Shown here: positions 1 to 9,879 of the stretch, in pieces
Numbering within the stretch: position 1 is the first letter of the stretch
Layout: each line of letters starts with the position of its first letter
Assembly: GCA_964521735.1 (NCBI GenBank)
Contig: CAZFTO010000001.1
Location: 72,442-136,441, forward strand
Length of the DNA: 64,000 nucleotides
Direction: 5' to 3'
Source of the DNA: an uncultured Oscillospiraceae bacterium
GTDB lineage: Bacteria; Bacillota; Clostridia; Christensenellales; CAG-314
The notes under the pieces: generated by a model
Told to the model about the DNA's origin: nothing
Database searches by the model: none
The model's input: only the letters and a program-made list of their open reading frames with translations
Made by a program: the position numbers and the translations under genes

Positions 1-2
1 CC

Positions 3-245
3 TATGGCAAGGGCATTGCACAGGCAATAGTTAACTTAAGGCAGTATGCAGGCAAAGTCACGGTTCCGGGCAGCAACCAACAAACAACGTATTGGTGGTC
101 TATCTACTATACTTTTGCCGCCTACTATTCACCTTTGGGCACCAACATTCACGGCGTTGGCTACACCCCCACCGAAGGCTACAACGGGTTGAAAAGCTAT
201 GCCGACTTGTGGGACGCAACCTACCGCTATTGGAGCATAGACTAA
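3..245 (+). CDS. 3' end of an unidentified gene (5' part lies outside the window)
   Basis: Frame 3 is open from the window edge to TAA at 243-245 (...YWWSIYYTFAAYYSPLGTNIHGVGYTPTEGYNGLKSYADLWDATYRYWSID*). A terminator follows. No family recognised. Confidence 0.4.
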   Translation, partial: YGKGIAQAIVNLRQYAGKVTVPGSNQQTTYWWSIYYTFAAYYSPLGTNIHGVGYTPTEGYNGLKSYADLWDATYRYWSID

Positions 246-264
246 ACAAATTTTGTTTTTAAAA

Positions 265-292
265 ACGCAAGGAAAAATCCTTGCGTTTTTTT
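265..292 (+). terminator. Rho-independent terminator
   Basis: acgcaagg-aaaaa-tccttgcgt hairpin followed by a T-run. Confidence 0.7.
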
Positions 293-370
293 GTTTTGTC
301 GGCAATTTTTATGGGCGTTGCGCACTTTTTACGGCCAAAACCTGCGTTTGACGCTATTTTTGTGCAATTT

Positions 371-400
371 GCATAGTGCAAGCGGCAGTTTCTCATACTA
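371..400 (+). promoter_or_regulatory. Candidate forespore sigma-G/F-type promoter for sleB-ypeB
   Basis: GCATA - 18 nt - CATACTA matches the GHATR-N18-CATnnTA forespore consensus as I recall it. It lies 28 nt upstream of the sleB GTG. Confidence 0.4.
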
Positions 401-427
401 AATGCACAACAATCTAAGGGGGAAATC

Positions 428-1126
428 GTGACACAATCAAAAAGAAAAACCGTCGCCTTGCTTTTGGCTGTGCTAACGCTTGTAGCGTTGCTTTCGGTTT
501 TGGCAGTTAGCCAAGCCAACGCTGCCGTTATAAAAAGTGGCTCTCGTGGCGAGGTGGTTAAAACAATTCAAACAAAACTAAAGCGATGGGGCTACTACAA
601 CGGCTCGGTGGATGGCATTTTTGGTAAGCAAACTACTGCCGCAGTGAAGTACTTTCAGCGACGAAACGGACTAACTGCCGATGGCATTGTGGGCAAAGCC
701 ACAGCCAAGGCAATGGGAGTCAACATTGCGTCGTCAGCATCCGGTTCTGGCACAACTTCCGCGGGGAGCTTATCCAACAGTGATTTGTATTTGCTGTCTT
801 GCTGCATCTATGGCGAGGCTCGTGGCGAAAGCTACACCGGCAAAGTTGCCGTGGCGGCCGTCGTCTTGAACCGAGTGCGCAGCGCAAGTTTTCCCAACAG
901 CGTTTCGGGTGTAATCTACCAAAAGGGAGCTTTCACCTGCGTTGCCGATGGCCAAATAAACCTTGGCACAAACAACGAATGCACGCGCGCAGCGCAAGAT
1001 GCTTTGAACGGTTGGGATCCTACCGGTGGCGCCATCTACTATTTCAATCCGGCAACGGCCACCAGCAAATGGATCTGGTCGCGCCCGCAACTGGTAACCA
1101 TTGGCAATCACATTTTTTGTTCCTGA
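428..1126 (+). CDS. sleB: Spore cortex-lytic enzyme SleB (signal peptide + peptidoglycan-binding domain + Hydrolase_2/SleB catalytic domain)
   Basis: GTG start after the gggggaa RBS. PG_binding_1-like block: GSRGEVVKTIQTKLKRWGYYNGSVDGIFGKQTTAAVKYFQ. Catalytic block: IYGEARGESYTGKVAVAAVVLNRVRSASFPNSVSGVIYQKGAF. Followed by ypeB, the classic pair. Confidence 0.9.
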   Translation: MTQSKRKTVALLLAVLTLVALLSVLAVSQANAAVIKSGSRGEVVKTIQTKLKRWGYYNGSVDGIFGKQTTAAVKYFQRRNGLTADGIVGKATAKAMGVNIASSASGSGTTSAGSLSNSDLYLLSCCIYGEARGESYTGKVAVAAVVLNRVRSASFPNSVSGVIYQKGAFTCVADGQINLGTNNECTRAAQDALNGWDPTGGAIYYFNPATATSKWIWSRPQLVTIGNHIFCS

Positions 1127-1134
1127 GGTGAAAA

Positions 1135-2466
1135 GTGACAAGCAAAAATTCAACAATAAAAAACTTTTGGATGATATTTTTCGGCGTCGTTGCGTTGCTG
1201 GCAGTGGCAGTGGCAACCTTCTTTGCAGCAAGCTGTTGCAAAACGGAACGCATGCGCATGTCGGTGGTGGATGACGAAAACTACTACAAAATTTCCGAAG
1301 AAAACGGCTTCAAGCGTTCGCTTTATGCCGCATGCGACAACCTAAAAAATCTAAGCGCCAATTTGGGCAAGGCATCCATATCTCGTTTGGCGGAAAATCA
1401 GGCGCAAACGCTAACCAACGTTGTGTTGCACGCCAATTTTGTTAACAGATATTTGGCAAATTTGCCCGTTGCGGAAAGCAACAATCTGTTCAGTTGTCAA
1501 AAATTTGTCAATCAATCGCAAGATTACGCCACGTTTTTGCTAAAAAATTTGGCCGCCGGCAAAACAATTTCGCAAAGTCAGCGACAGTCGCTTGCCGAGC
1601 TGAACAACGTGGCACAAAATTTCTATGACTTTTTGCAAAGCTATGCCCAAAGCGACAGTGGTCTTTTCGTCACCAACGGAAACGGGCAAAACAACGTTGG
1701 CACTCTTTCTGATAGTTTTAACGACATTGACGAAAAGAACTTTGCGTACGAAAAACTTATCTACGACGGACCGTTTTCCGATGCAGTCCAACAAAAAACC
1801 TTGCCGTGTGCAAAGACGGACAGCCCCGACAAAGTTGCGCAAACGGTGCAAAAACTGTTTGGAGAGGCCGCCTTTCAAAGCCAGATTAACAAAGGCGGTT
1901 GTTGGTACGTCTTTTCCGTACCCAACGGAACTGTGGTGACAACCTGCGACGGCAAAATTGCTCAGTATCAAACCTATGCCGAAAGAGATTTGCAACAGCC
2001 GGCCGAAGCTTCCCGTTGCGTTGCCGTGGCGGAAGATTTTTGCAAACGTTTGGGATATAACGTAAAAGGCGTGTGGGTTTCCGCCGTGCAAGAAGTAACC
2101 TACGTCACCTGTGCGCCAGTGGTGGATCAAGTCGTGGTGTATCCAGAGCAAATAAAAGTTGTGGTGGATGGTAACGGCACGGTTGTTGGGTGCGAAGCAC
2201 GCGCCTATTTGTATAATCACTCGGAGCAGGCCGTTAGTTTCAGCGGAATGTCGCAGTTGCAAGCACAACGTTCGCTGGACGAATCCCTTCAAGTGGTGGC
2301 CGCAAGCAAATGCGTTGTGGAAAAATCCAACCAACGTTACTACTGCTACGAATTCCGTTGCAACGGCAAGTGCGGCAGCTACTACGTGTATATAGATGCC
2401 CAAAGCGGCAGGGAAGTGGAAATTTTAAAAGTTGTGGAAACAAGCGTGGGGCACGTGGTTATCTAG
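1135..2466 (+). CDS. ypeB: Germination protein YpeB (N-terminal TM, C-terminal PepSY repeats)
   Basis: GTG start 8 nt after the sleB stop. N-terminal TM: IFFGVVALLAVAVATFFAA. PepSY-like C-terminus: ...YYVYIDAQSGREVEILKV. Conserved sleB-ypeB synteny. Confidence 0.8.
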   Translation: MTSKNSTIKNFWMIFFGVVALLAVAVATFFAASCCKTERMRMSVVDDENYYKISEENGFKRSLYAACDNLKNLSANLGKASISRLAENQAQTLTNVVLHANFVNRYLANLPVAESNNLFSCQKFVNQSQDYATFLLKNLAAGKTISQSQRQSLAELNNVAQNFYDFLQSYAQSDSGLFVTNGNGQNNVGTLSDSFNDIDEKNFAYEKLIYDGPFSDAVQQKTLPCAKTDSPDKVAQTVQKLFGEAAFQSQINKGGCWYVFSVPNGTVVTTCDGKIAQYQTYAERDLQQPAEASRCVAVAEDFCKRLGYNVKGVWVSAVQEVTYVTCAPVVDQVVVYPEQIKVVVDGNGTVVGCEARAYLYNHSEQAVSFSGMSQLQAQRSLDESLQVVAASKCVVEKSNQRYYCYEFRCNGKCGSYYVYIDAQSGREVEILKVVETSVGHVVI

Positions 2467-2480
2467 CAAAAAACAATTTT

Positions 2481-2508
2481 GGCAATCGCAGTTTGCGGTT
2501 GCCTTTTT
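2481..2508 (+). terminator. Rho-independent terminator after ypeB
   Basis: ggcaatcgca-gtt-tgcggttgcc hairpin followed by ttttt. Confidence 0.7.
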
Positions 2509-2818
2509 GCATTTGTGTGCCTAGATTTGCGCAACTTGCATGCAAAGTTTTGCCATCGGCCAAAAGTGCTGTTTTATGCTAAGTGTCAGGGCAAATGCGG
2601 CTAACTTGCACCAGAACGGCCATAACAATCAGGGCATATTGTCACCCAAACTTGCGCAATCGCTACGGCATTTGTTTTGCGCTAAAAAAAGCCATGTTCA
2701 ACTCCAATCAAATTTAACGCGGCACTTGACTATGAAACGCAAATAATATATAATTATTTATAGTGGCAAAATCAAAAAGCAACAGCCACAAGCGTCCAAA
2801 ATGGCGCGAAGGAGCAAT

Positions 2819-3697
2819 ATGCAAGTAAAAAAAGCTTTGATTTTGGCGGCAGGCCGCGGCACACGTTTTTTGCCGTTTACAAAAGCATATCCCAAGGAAA
2901 TGTTAGCAGTGGTAGATAAACCGGCATTGCAACTGTTGGTTGAAGAAGTTGTTGAAGCGGGAATTTGCGACGTTGCAGTTGTAATATCTCCGCAAAAGCA
3001 AAAAATTGCCGAGCACTTCACTCCCAACCCCGACTACGTGCAAGAACTTCGTCAAAGTGGCAAGTTGGCCGAAGCCGAAGCTTTGGAACAGCTCGACAAC
3101 TTGGCAAAAGTAAGTTTTTTGTATCAGGAAGTTGCAAACGGCACGGGCAAGGCAGTTGCACTTGCCGAACAATGGGCAGATGGTCAACCCTTCGTTGTTC
3201 TTAACGGCGACGACGTTATGATGGGCAAAAAATCCGTCACGGCGCAACTAACGGAAGCGTTTGAAAGTTGCCAAAAAACCGTTGTTGGCGTGCAAACGGT
3301 AACAAAAGAAGCCATCAAAAAGTATGCAACTTGCAAAATTGTGGAAAGCAACGGTCGCTTGCACAAAATTGACGACATTGTGGAAAAACCTCAAACGGAA
3401 GCGGAAATTTACAGTTTGCTTGCCCCTTTGGGTCGCTATGTTGTCACACCCAACGTGTTTGAAGTGTTGCGTCGCACACCAAATCGTGGAAATGAAGTAT
3501 ATCTAACCGATGCTTTGCGCATAATGGCGCAAGAAGAAGGCATCTACGTCTACGATTTTGAAGGAGAACGTTTCGATTTTGGCGACAAACTAGGCTACGT
3601 AAAAGGTGTAACGAAGTTTGCCTTGCAAGATCCTCGTTTTTCCAAAGAATATTTCCGTTACGTTAAGCAACTTGTGGAAGAACACGAAAATAACTAA
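2819..3697 (+). CDS. galU: UTP--glucose-1-phosphate uridylyltransferase
   Basis: MQVKKALILAAGRGTRFLPFTKAYPKEMLAVVDKPALQ is the nucleotidyltransferase signature. ATG at 2819 sits behind the gaaggagc RBS and is preferred over the track start at 2801. Confidence 0.9.
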   Translation: MQVKKALILAAGRGTRFLPFTKAYPKEMLAVVDKPALQLLVEEVVEAGICDVAVVISPQKQKIAEHFTPNPDYVQELRQSGKLAEAEALEQLDNLAKVSFLYQEVANGTGKAVALAEQWADGQPFVVLNGDDVMMGKKSVTAQLTEAFESCQKTVVGVQTVTKEAIKKYATCKIVESNGRLHKIDDIVEKPQTEAEIYSLLAPLGRYVVTPNVFEVLRRTPNRGNEVYLTDALRIMAQEEGIYVYDFEGERFDFGDKLGYVKGVTKFALQDPRFSKEYFRYVKQLVEEHENN

Positions 3698-3711
3698 AAA
3701 GGAGAATTGAT

Positions 3712-5508
3712 ATGTCATATACAAATAGAAACGAAATCCCCGAAAAGTATAAATGGAATTTGGGCGATATTTTTGCAACACCTGCCGAATGGGAAGCATC
3801 CTTTGCGGAATTTGCCGCCATCGTTGCCAATCCCGACCAACTTTTGTCTCAATTCAAGGGCAAATTGGGCAATCGTGACACGTTGTTGAAGTATCTCAAG
3901 CTTTCCGACGAATACGACGTTAAACTAAGCAGATTGTATTGCTACGCATTTATGAGCTACAACGAAGACAGTCAAGATGCCGAACGCCAAGCAAGATTTT
4001 CCAAGGTGTACGGTTTGCTTACCAACTACAGCGCACTGTTGTCTTTCGTATCCCCCGAACTATCCGCTTTGCCCGACGAAACTTTGCAAAAGTTCATTGA
4101 CGATCCGGAATTTTCCGACTACGACGTTTCGCTCAAAAGCGTTCTAAGAGGCAAAGCTCACGTGCTTTCCGCCGCCGAAGAATTGCTTATGGCCAACGTT
4201 GGTGCTTTCAGCGGCCAATTCCAAGAAGTTTTCAACCGTTTGGATAGCGGCGACATCAAATTTGAACAAATCGAAGTGGAAGGCGAAAAGGTGCAACTAG
4301 GTCACGGAACCTATTCCATGTTGTTGCAACACAAAGATCAAAACGTTCGCAAACTTGCATTCGAAACCTACTACAAATCTTATATCAACGTTATCAACAC
4401 GCTTGCCGGCCTGTACGAAGGCAGTGTTAAGGCAGACGTTTTCCGTGCTCGCGCAAGAAAATTCCCCTCGGCAATGGATTCGGCATTGTTCAGCGAACAA
4501 GTGGATAAGGCCGTATACGACAATCTTATCAAGTGCATGCACGAAAGCTTCCAGCCGTTGCATCACTATGTTGCTTTGCGCAAAAAATTGATGGGCGTTG
4601 AAACCCTCAACATGTACGACCTTTACGTTTCCATTTTCGATAACGCCGATATTTCTTGCGAATACGAAGAAGCGTGCGAACTTGTCAAAAAGGGACTTGC
4701 CCCCTTGGGCGAAGACTATTTGGCCGTGGTGCAACAAGCTTTCGACAACCGTTGGATCGACGTTCACGAAACACCCACCAAACGCAGTGGCGCATATTCC
4801 ATGGGCGTTTCTGGCGTTCACCCCTACATGTTGTTGAACTACCAAAAAACAACCCACGACATTTTCACCATTGCGCACGAAATGGGCCACTCTATGCACA
4901 CATATTATAGCGAAAAGAATCAACCCGTGGCAAAAGCCGACTACAAAATTTTTGTTGCGGAAGTTGCATCCACCTGCAATGAAGTGTTGTTGCTAAAATA
5001 TTTGCTCAAAACGCAAACGGACGTTAAACTTAAAAAGTATTTGTTGCAATACTATTTGGATATGTTGCGCACAACAATGTATCGTCAAGCTATGTTTGCA
5101 GAATTTGAACAAATTTCTCACGACATGGTGGAAAAAGGCCAACCGCTAACCGCCGATGCAATGTGCCAAAAGTATTTGGAACTAAACAAAATGTACTATG
5201 GCGAAGCCGTTAACCACAACGACGAAATCAAGTACGAATGGGCTCGTATTCCTCACTTCTATCGCGCATTCTACGTGTACAAGTATTCCACCGGCATCAT
5301 CTCCGCTGTGTGCATTGCCGAAAAGATTTTGAGCGAAGGCGAATCGGCCGTTAAAAACTACAAAAAGTTTTTATCTTTGGGCGGCAGCATGGATCCCGTT
5401 TCCGAACTTAAAGTTGCCGGTGTTGATCTCACCAGCGAAGAACCCTTCAAAATCGTCACAAAATCCTTTGAAGATACCTTGCGCGAATTGGAAGAACTTT
5501 GCAAATAA
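3712..5508 (+). CDS. pepF: Oligoendopeptidase F (M3B family)
   Basis: 598 aa, with HEMGH zinc motif (TIAHEMGHSMH) and typical PepF N-terminus (IPEKYKWNLGDIF). Confidence 0.9.
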   Translation: MSYTNRNEIPEKYKWNLGDIFATPAEWEASFAEFAAIVANPDQLLSQFKGKLGNRDTLLKYLKLSDEYDVKLSRLYCYAFMSYNEDSQDAERQARFSKVYGLLTNYSALLSFVSPELSALPDETLQKFIDDPEFSDYDVSLKSVLRGKAHVLSAAEELLMANVGAFSGQFQEVFNRLDSGDIKFEQIEVEGEKVQLGHGTYSMLLQHKDQNVRKLAFETYYKSYINVINTLAGLYEGSVKADVFRARARKFPSAMDSALFSEQVDKAVYDNLIKCMHESFQPLHHYVALRKKLMGVETLNMYDLYVSIFDNADISCEYEEACELVKKGLAPLGEDYLAVVQQAFDNRWIDVHETPTKRSGAYSMGVSGVHPYMLLNYQKTTHDIFTIAHEMGHSMHTYYSEKNQPVAKADYKIFVAEVASTCNEVLLLKYLLKTQTDVKLKKYLLQYYLDMLRTTMYRQAMFAEFEQISHDMVEKGQPLTADAMCQKYLELNKMYYGEAVNHNDEIKYEWARIPHFYRAFYVYKYSTGIISAVCIAEKILSEGESAVKNYKKFLSLGGSMDPVSELKVAGVDLTSEEPFKIVTKSFEDTLRELEELCK

Positions 5509-5577
5509 CTTGATAGCATTTGTTGCGTTTGGCAAAACACGCAACGCTATCAAAAAAAATCAAAATTTAGCAAAAAA

Positions 5578-5610
5578 ATGCCTCCGAGTTTTTCGGAGGC
5601 ATTTTTATTT
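5578..5610. terminator. Bidirectional terminator between convergent pepF and fba
   Basis: atgcctccga-gttttt-tcggaggcat hairpin flanked by an A-run and a T-run. Confidence 0.8.
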
Positions 5611-5621
5611 TGTTTTTTTTG

Positions 5622-6557
5622 TTAAGCTTTGTTTTCGCTGCCCAAAACGTTGATGATTTTGTGTTTTACCATTTCTTTCATCATGGTGCGAGCGTCGCCC
5701 AAATATTGTCTGGGGTCGAAGTGAGCGGGGAAATCAACAAAGTGCTTGCGGATAGCGGCGGTGAAAGCCACTCTCAAGTCGCTATCGATGTTAATTTTGC
5801 AAACGGCCATTTTTGCTGCCTTTTGCAATTCGCTTTCGGGAATGCCAATTGCGTTGGGCATACTGCCGCCGTATTGGTTAACAATGGCAACCTTGTCTTG
5901 AGGAACGCTGCTTGCGCCGTGCAAAACAATGGGGAATCCGGGCAATCTGTGGCCAATTTCTTCCAAAATGTCCAAACGAAGTTTGGGATCTTGACCGGGT
6001 TTGAACTTGAATGCGCCGTGGCTTGTGCCGATGGCAATTGCCAAACTGTCAATGCCCGTTCTTTGCGTGAATTCTTGCACTTCGTCGGGGCTGGTGAACA
6101 AAGCATCGTCGGCTTCCACGTGAACGTCGTCTTCAATGCCGGCAAGTTTGCCAAGTTCTGCTTCAACAACAACGCCGTGAGCGTGTGCATATTCCACAAC
6201 CTGTTTGGTGATGGCAATGTTTTCTTCCCAAGGTTTGGAAGAAGCGTCAATCATAACGGACGTAAATCCACTGTCGATAGCCGATTTGCAAACTTCAAAA
6301 TCTGCACCGTGATCCAAGTGCATAGCAATGGGAATATCTGTTGTTGCAACTGCGGCATCTACCAAGTGTTTCAAATAAACGGGGTTGGCGTATTTTCTTG
6401 CGCCGGCGGAAACTTGCAAAATAACGGGAGAACGACATTCGTTTGCTGCGTCAACAATTGCTTGAATCATTTCCATGTTGTTCACGTTGAAGGCGCCAAT
6501 GGCGTATCCTTCACGGTATGCTTTTTCAAACATTTCTTTTGTTGTAACGAGTGGCAT
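5622..6557 (-). CDS. fba: Class II fructose-1,6-bisphosphate aldolase
   Basis: MPLVTTKEMFEKAYREGYAIGAFNVNNMEMIQAI..., plus AMHLDHG and the VLHGASSVP blocks. Confidence 0.95.
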   Translation of the reverse strand: MPLVTTKEMFEKAYREGYAIGAFNVNNMEMIQAIVDAANECRSPVILQVSAGARKYANPVYLKHLVDAAVATTDIPIAMHLDHGADFEVCKSAIDSGFTSVMIDASSKPWEENIAITKQVVEYAHAHGVVVEAELGKLAGIEDDVHVEADDALFTSPDEVQEFTQRTGIDSLAIAIGTSHGAFKFKPGQDPKLRLDILEEIGHRLPGFPIVLHGASSVPQDKVAIVNQYGGSMPNAIGIPESELQKAAKMAVCKINIDSDLRVAFTAAIRKHFVDFPAHFDPRQYLGDARTMMKEMVKHKIINVLGSENKA

Positions 6558-6631
6558 GGTTTTTTACCTCCAAGATAAAAAAATTTTATATCGCGCTAAA
6601 CTTAAATTTATATTTTTTGGCATTTCTTTTG

Positions 6632-6660
6632 TTGTCAAACGTTTGGCGCTGTGTTATAAT
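6632..6660 (+). promoter_or_regulatory. Sigma-A-type promoter for gap
   Basis: TTGTCA - 17 nt - (TGt)TATAAT, with extended -10. Confidence 0.6.
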
Positions 6661-6745
6661 AACAAAGGTATTTTAGCACAATACTTAATTTTAGTAAAGA
6701 AGTATTTGTGCCGCCAATAAGAAATTTTTTTGGAGGTAACTCACA

Positions 6746-7813
6746 ATGGCAAACAAAACAGTAAGAGTTGCAATCAACGGTTTCGGACGTATCGGTCGTC
6801 TTGCATTCCGTCAAATGTTCGGCGCAAAAGGTTACAAAATTGTTGCAATCAACGATTTGACAAGCCCCAAAATGCTTGCTCACCTTTTGAAGTACGACAC
6901 AGCTCAAGGCAACTACGTAGCATTGGGACACACTGTTTCCCACAAAGATCCCGTTTTGGCAGAAGATGGCAAAACCGTCGTTACACCCGGCGCAATCATT
7001 GTTGACGGAACGGAAATCACCATTTATGCAGAACCCAAAGCAGCAAACCTTCCTTGGAAAAAACTTAGAGTAGACGTTGTTTTGGAATGCACCGGCTTCT
7101 ATTGCTCTAAAGAAAAGAGCCAAGCTCACATCGCAGCAGGCGCAAAGAAAGTTGTTATTTCTGCTCCCGCAGGAAAAGACCTTCCCACAGTTGTGTTTGG
7201 TGTTAACGAAGACGTTCTCACTGCCGAAGACAACATCATTTCCGCAGCTAGCTGCACAACCAACTGCCTTGCTCCCATGGCAAAAGCTTTGAACGACTAT
7301 GCTCCTATCCAAAGCGGCATCATGACAACCGTTCACGCCTACACCGGCGACCAAATGGTTTTGGACGGACCTCACCGCAAGGGCGACCTTCGTCGTGCAC
7401 GCGCAGCAGCACAAAACATCGTTCCTAACACCACCGGCGCAGCAAAAGCTATCGGTTTGGTTATCCCCGCTTTGAACGGCAAACTTATCGGTTCCGCACA
7501 ACGCGTTCCCGTTTGCACTGGCAGCACCACAATTTTGGTAGCAGTTGTTAAAGGTCACGACGTAACCGTTGAAGGCATCAACGCTTATATGAAGTCCGTT
7601 GCTAACGAATCCTTCGGCTACAACGAAGATATGATCGTTTCTTCCGATATCATCGGTATGCGTTTCGGCAGCTTGTTCGATGCAACTCAAACCATGGTTG
7701 CTAAAATCGACGACGACACCTATCAAGTACAAGTTGTTTCTTGGTACGACAACGAAAACAGCTACACTTCTCAAATGGTTCGCACAATCAAATATTTCGC
7801 AGAACTCAACTAG
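6746..7813 (+). CDS. gap: Glyceraldehyde-3-phosphate dehydrogenase
   Basis: [17 protein letters not shown]ossmann N-terminus and active-site [10 protein letters not shown]. Confidence 0.95.
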   Translation: MANKTVRVAINGFGRIGRLAFRQMFGAKGYKIVAINDLTSPKMLAHLLKYDTAQGNYVALGHTVSHKDPVLAEDGKTVVTPGAIIVDGTEITIYAEPKAANLPWKKLRVDVVLECTGFYCSKEKSQAHIAAGAKKVVISAPAGKDLPTVVFGVNEDVLTAEDNIISAASCTTNCLAPMAKALNDYAPIQSGIMTTVHAYTGDQMVLDGPHRKGDLRRARAAAQNIVPNTTGAAKAIGLVIPALNGKLIGSAQRVPVCTGSTTILVAVVKGHDVTVEGINAYMKSVANESFGYNEDMIVSSDIIGMRFGSLFDATQTMVAKIDDDTYQVQVVSWYDNENSYTSQMVRTIKYFAELN

Positions 7814-7831
7814 TAAAAGGTGTTTTCAAAG

Positions 7832-7860
7832 GAGACTTCGTTTCGAGGTCTCTTTTTTTT
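7832..7860 (+). terminator. Rho-independent terminator after gap
   Basis: gagacttcg-ttt-cgaggtctc hairpin followed by T8. Confidence 0.8.
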
Positions 7861-8042
7861 GCAAAAATTTCGTTCAAATTGCAATAAGCCTGTTTTATTT
7901 TTGCCAAACTGTCAACACTTGTCACAAAAAACTGCATCAAGAGTTGCTGTTTTTTGAATAATGTGATATTATTATTCAAAAAAGTGCGCTAGTCGCTTTT
8001 GTGGAGAATACAAGTGTTGCGCTTGTAACAAGAGGAGAGATT

Positions 8043-9398
8043 ATGAACTACATTGAAATTGGCATTTGGGCAATAACGGGCATCGCATTGGTGCTAAGCG
8101 TTTTGCTAGGTATGATTCGTGGCGCGCGCCGCTCCGTTTTGCGCCTTATTTTGGTGCTGGTGTGTGTCGTTGCGGCTTTTTGCCTTAAAGATTTTGTAAC
8201 AAACACGTTGCTAACAACAGAAATAACTACAGGCGAAACAACAACCACTATTCAAGATTACGTCCTAACTTCCTTGCCGGAAGACGTAAGCAGTTTGGGC
8301 GAATCGTTTGTTATTCCGCTTATCCGCATCATTGTGGGGGTGGTTGTGTTTTTGGTGTTGTTCTGGGCGCTCAAACTTGTATCCTGGATCATCCTTTACC
8401 CCATCTGCAAAATTTTCGTCAAAAAGGGTGCAAAAAAACACGCCGGTATTGGCGCGTTGACGGGCTTAGTGCAAGGCGTTGCAATTGCATTGTGCTTTTG
8501 TGTTCCCATATCCGGCATGATTGTGCAAGTTAACCGTGTGATTCCCATGGTGGAAGAACTTCAAGGCTCCACGGCATCCGCTTCCACAGACGATAAGTTT
8601 GCTTTTGCTGCCGAAGAAGGCAGTGTTCCTTCTAGAAGCACTTCCCCCGAAGGCGGTAGTGAAGGCGAAGGTGGAATCATTTCCGACGAAGTAAAGCAAA
8701 TTTTGCTTGGCTATGAAGAAACGATAATCGGCAAGTTCTATGGCCACACGTGCAGCCCCATTTTCGATCTTATTTCCGGCGTGCAAGTTCCGCAAGAGGA
8801 CGGCACCAATCAAAAAATGACATTGTCTGGTCAAATTGATGCCATAAAAGCCATGGTGGACATTTTGCAACAACTCAGCGAAACCACGGAAAAACTAAAC
8901 AACATCGATTTTTCCAACCTTAGCAGCTTTTCCGAACTTCGAGAAGCGTTTGGCAAGTTGGACGAAATAACTGCCGACCTGCCCCAAGAAGCCAAGAACA
9001 CCATCAACGCAGTTGTTTCTTCCGCCATCGATATGGTGCCTGTTCCCGATGATGCCGCCGACGGAGTGGCAGAAATGGTTGCCGGCATCAAAGATACGTT
9101 GAAGAGCACCGATTTCACCGATATCGAATTCACTAAGGAATTGGACGTTATCGAAACCATCACCGCAACTATCGAAAAGGGCGAAGATGTGACTGTGGAC
9201 GACATTGCCGCAACCATAAATTCTGTTTCGGAAAGCGCATTGCTTGTTCCCGTGCTTAGCAACGTCAACTCCGATTTGAATTTGCCCAACGGCACCAAAA
9301 TGAAATTGGAAGAAGTGTTCAGCGAATTGCCTGCCGATACCGACCAAGAAACGGTTGCCGTGCTCAAAAACATTTTGGGACTATCCACCGGCGAATAA
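8043..9398 (+). CDS. Membrane protein with a CvpA-like N-terminal TM region and a long acidic C-terminal extension
   Basis: ATG at 8043 follows the agaggagaga RBS. The N-terminus MNYIEIGIWAITGIALVLSVLLGMIRGARRSVLRLILVLV resembles CvpA family starts. About 4 TM segments are followed by ~270 aa rich in D/E/S/T. Confidence 0.55.
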   Translation: MNYIEIGIWAITGIALVLSVLLGMIRGARRSVLRLILVLVCVVAAFCLKDFVTNTLLTTEITTGETTTTIQDYVLTSLPEDVSSLGESFVIPLIRIIVGVVVFLVLFWALKLVSWIILYPICKIFVKKGAKKHAGIGALTGLVQGVAIALCFCVPISGMIVQVNRVIPMVEELQGSTASASTDDKFAFAAEEGSVPSRSTSPEGGSEGEGGIISDEVKQILLGYEETIIGKFYGHTCSPIFDLISGVQVPQEDGTNQKMTLSGQIDAIKAMVDILQQLSETTEKLNNIDFSNLSSFSELREAFGKLDEITADLPQEAKNTINAVVSSAIDMVPVPDDAADGVAEMVAGIKDTLKSTDFTDIEFTKELDVIETITATIEKGEDVTVDDIAATINSVSESALLVPVLSNVNSDLNLPNGTKMKLEEVFSELPADTDQETVAVLKNILGLSTGE

Positions 9399-9429
9399 CA
9401 ATTTGCAAAAAAACAATCAAAAATCAAAA

Positions 9430-9458
9430 GAGCCTGCCGCATGTGGCAGGTTCTTTTT
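9430..9458 (+). terminator. Rho-independent terminator
   Basis: gagcctgcc-gcatgt-ggcaggttc hairpin followed by ttttt. Confidence 0.7.
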
Positions 9459-9793
9459 GCACAAAAACGGCTTAAATACAAAATGTCGTCAAAAATCCGC
9501 CACGTGGTTGAAAAAATGTGCCAAACGTTGCTGTAAACGCAACAAAAATATCAATATTTTGTTGCTTGCGCTAGTTGCTAGCAGGGTTTGTTTGGGTGCA
9601 GTGCATTGTTTCAACTGTCTTTTGTTGGGCCAAAAAGTTTTGCGCCCCTCTTTGTCATAAATTTTATTGTACGCAAAACAATTGTTGAAGAGAACGCCCA
9701 CAAAACAATACGCTTGTTCGCTAAAAAACAGGCAATTTGCAAGGGCATGTTTTTTTAGGTACATATATATTATGTTTAGTACTAATTTGTCTA

Positions 9794-9822
9794 TTTACAT
9801 TTCCCCTGTCGTGTGCTAAAAT
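9794..9822 (+). promoter_or_regulatory. Sigma-A-type promoter for the rnf operon
   Basis: TTTACA - 17 nt - (TGc)TAAAAT, 58 nt upstream of the rnfC ATG. Confidence 0.6.
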
Positions 9823-9879
9823 GAACACAATATAGGTGGAAGTTGTCCATCTCAAAAATACAAGGAGGTTTTTCCTTAT

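Noticed and set aside
5610-6578. 322-aa + strand ORF
   Set aside because: It lies exactly antisense to the well-supported fba gene. The sequence is low-complexity (F/N/V/A/G-rich), there is no RBS, and it is a typical shadow ORF. The same logic applies to 6635-7774(-) opposite gap, 1540-2403(-) opposite ypeB, 9721-10449(-) opposite rnfC, 38323-39648(-) opposite the binding protein, 40023-40652(-), 59491-60354(+) opposite typA, 28163-28933(-) and 30245-30820(-) opposite the beta-helix gene, and 50264-50974(-).
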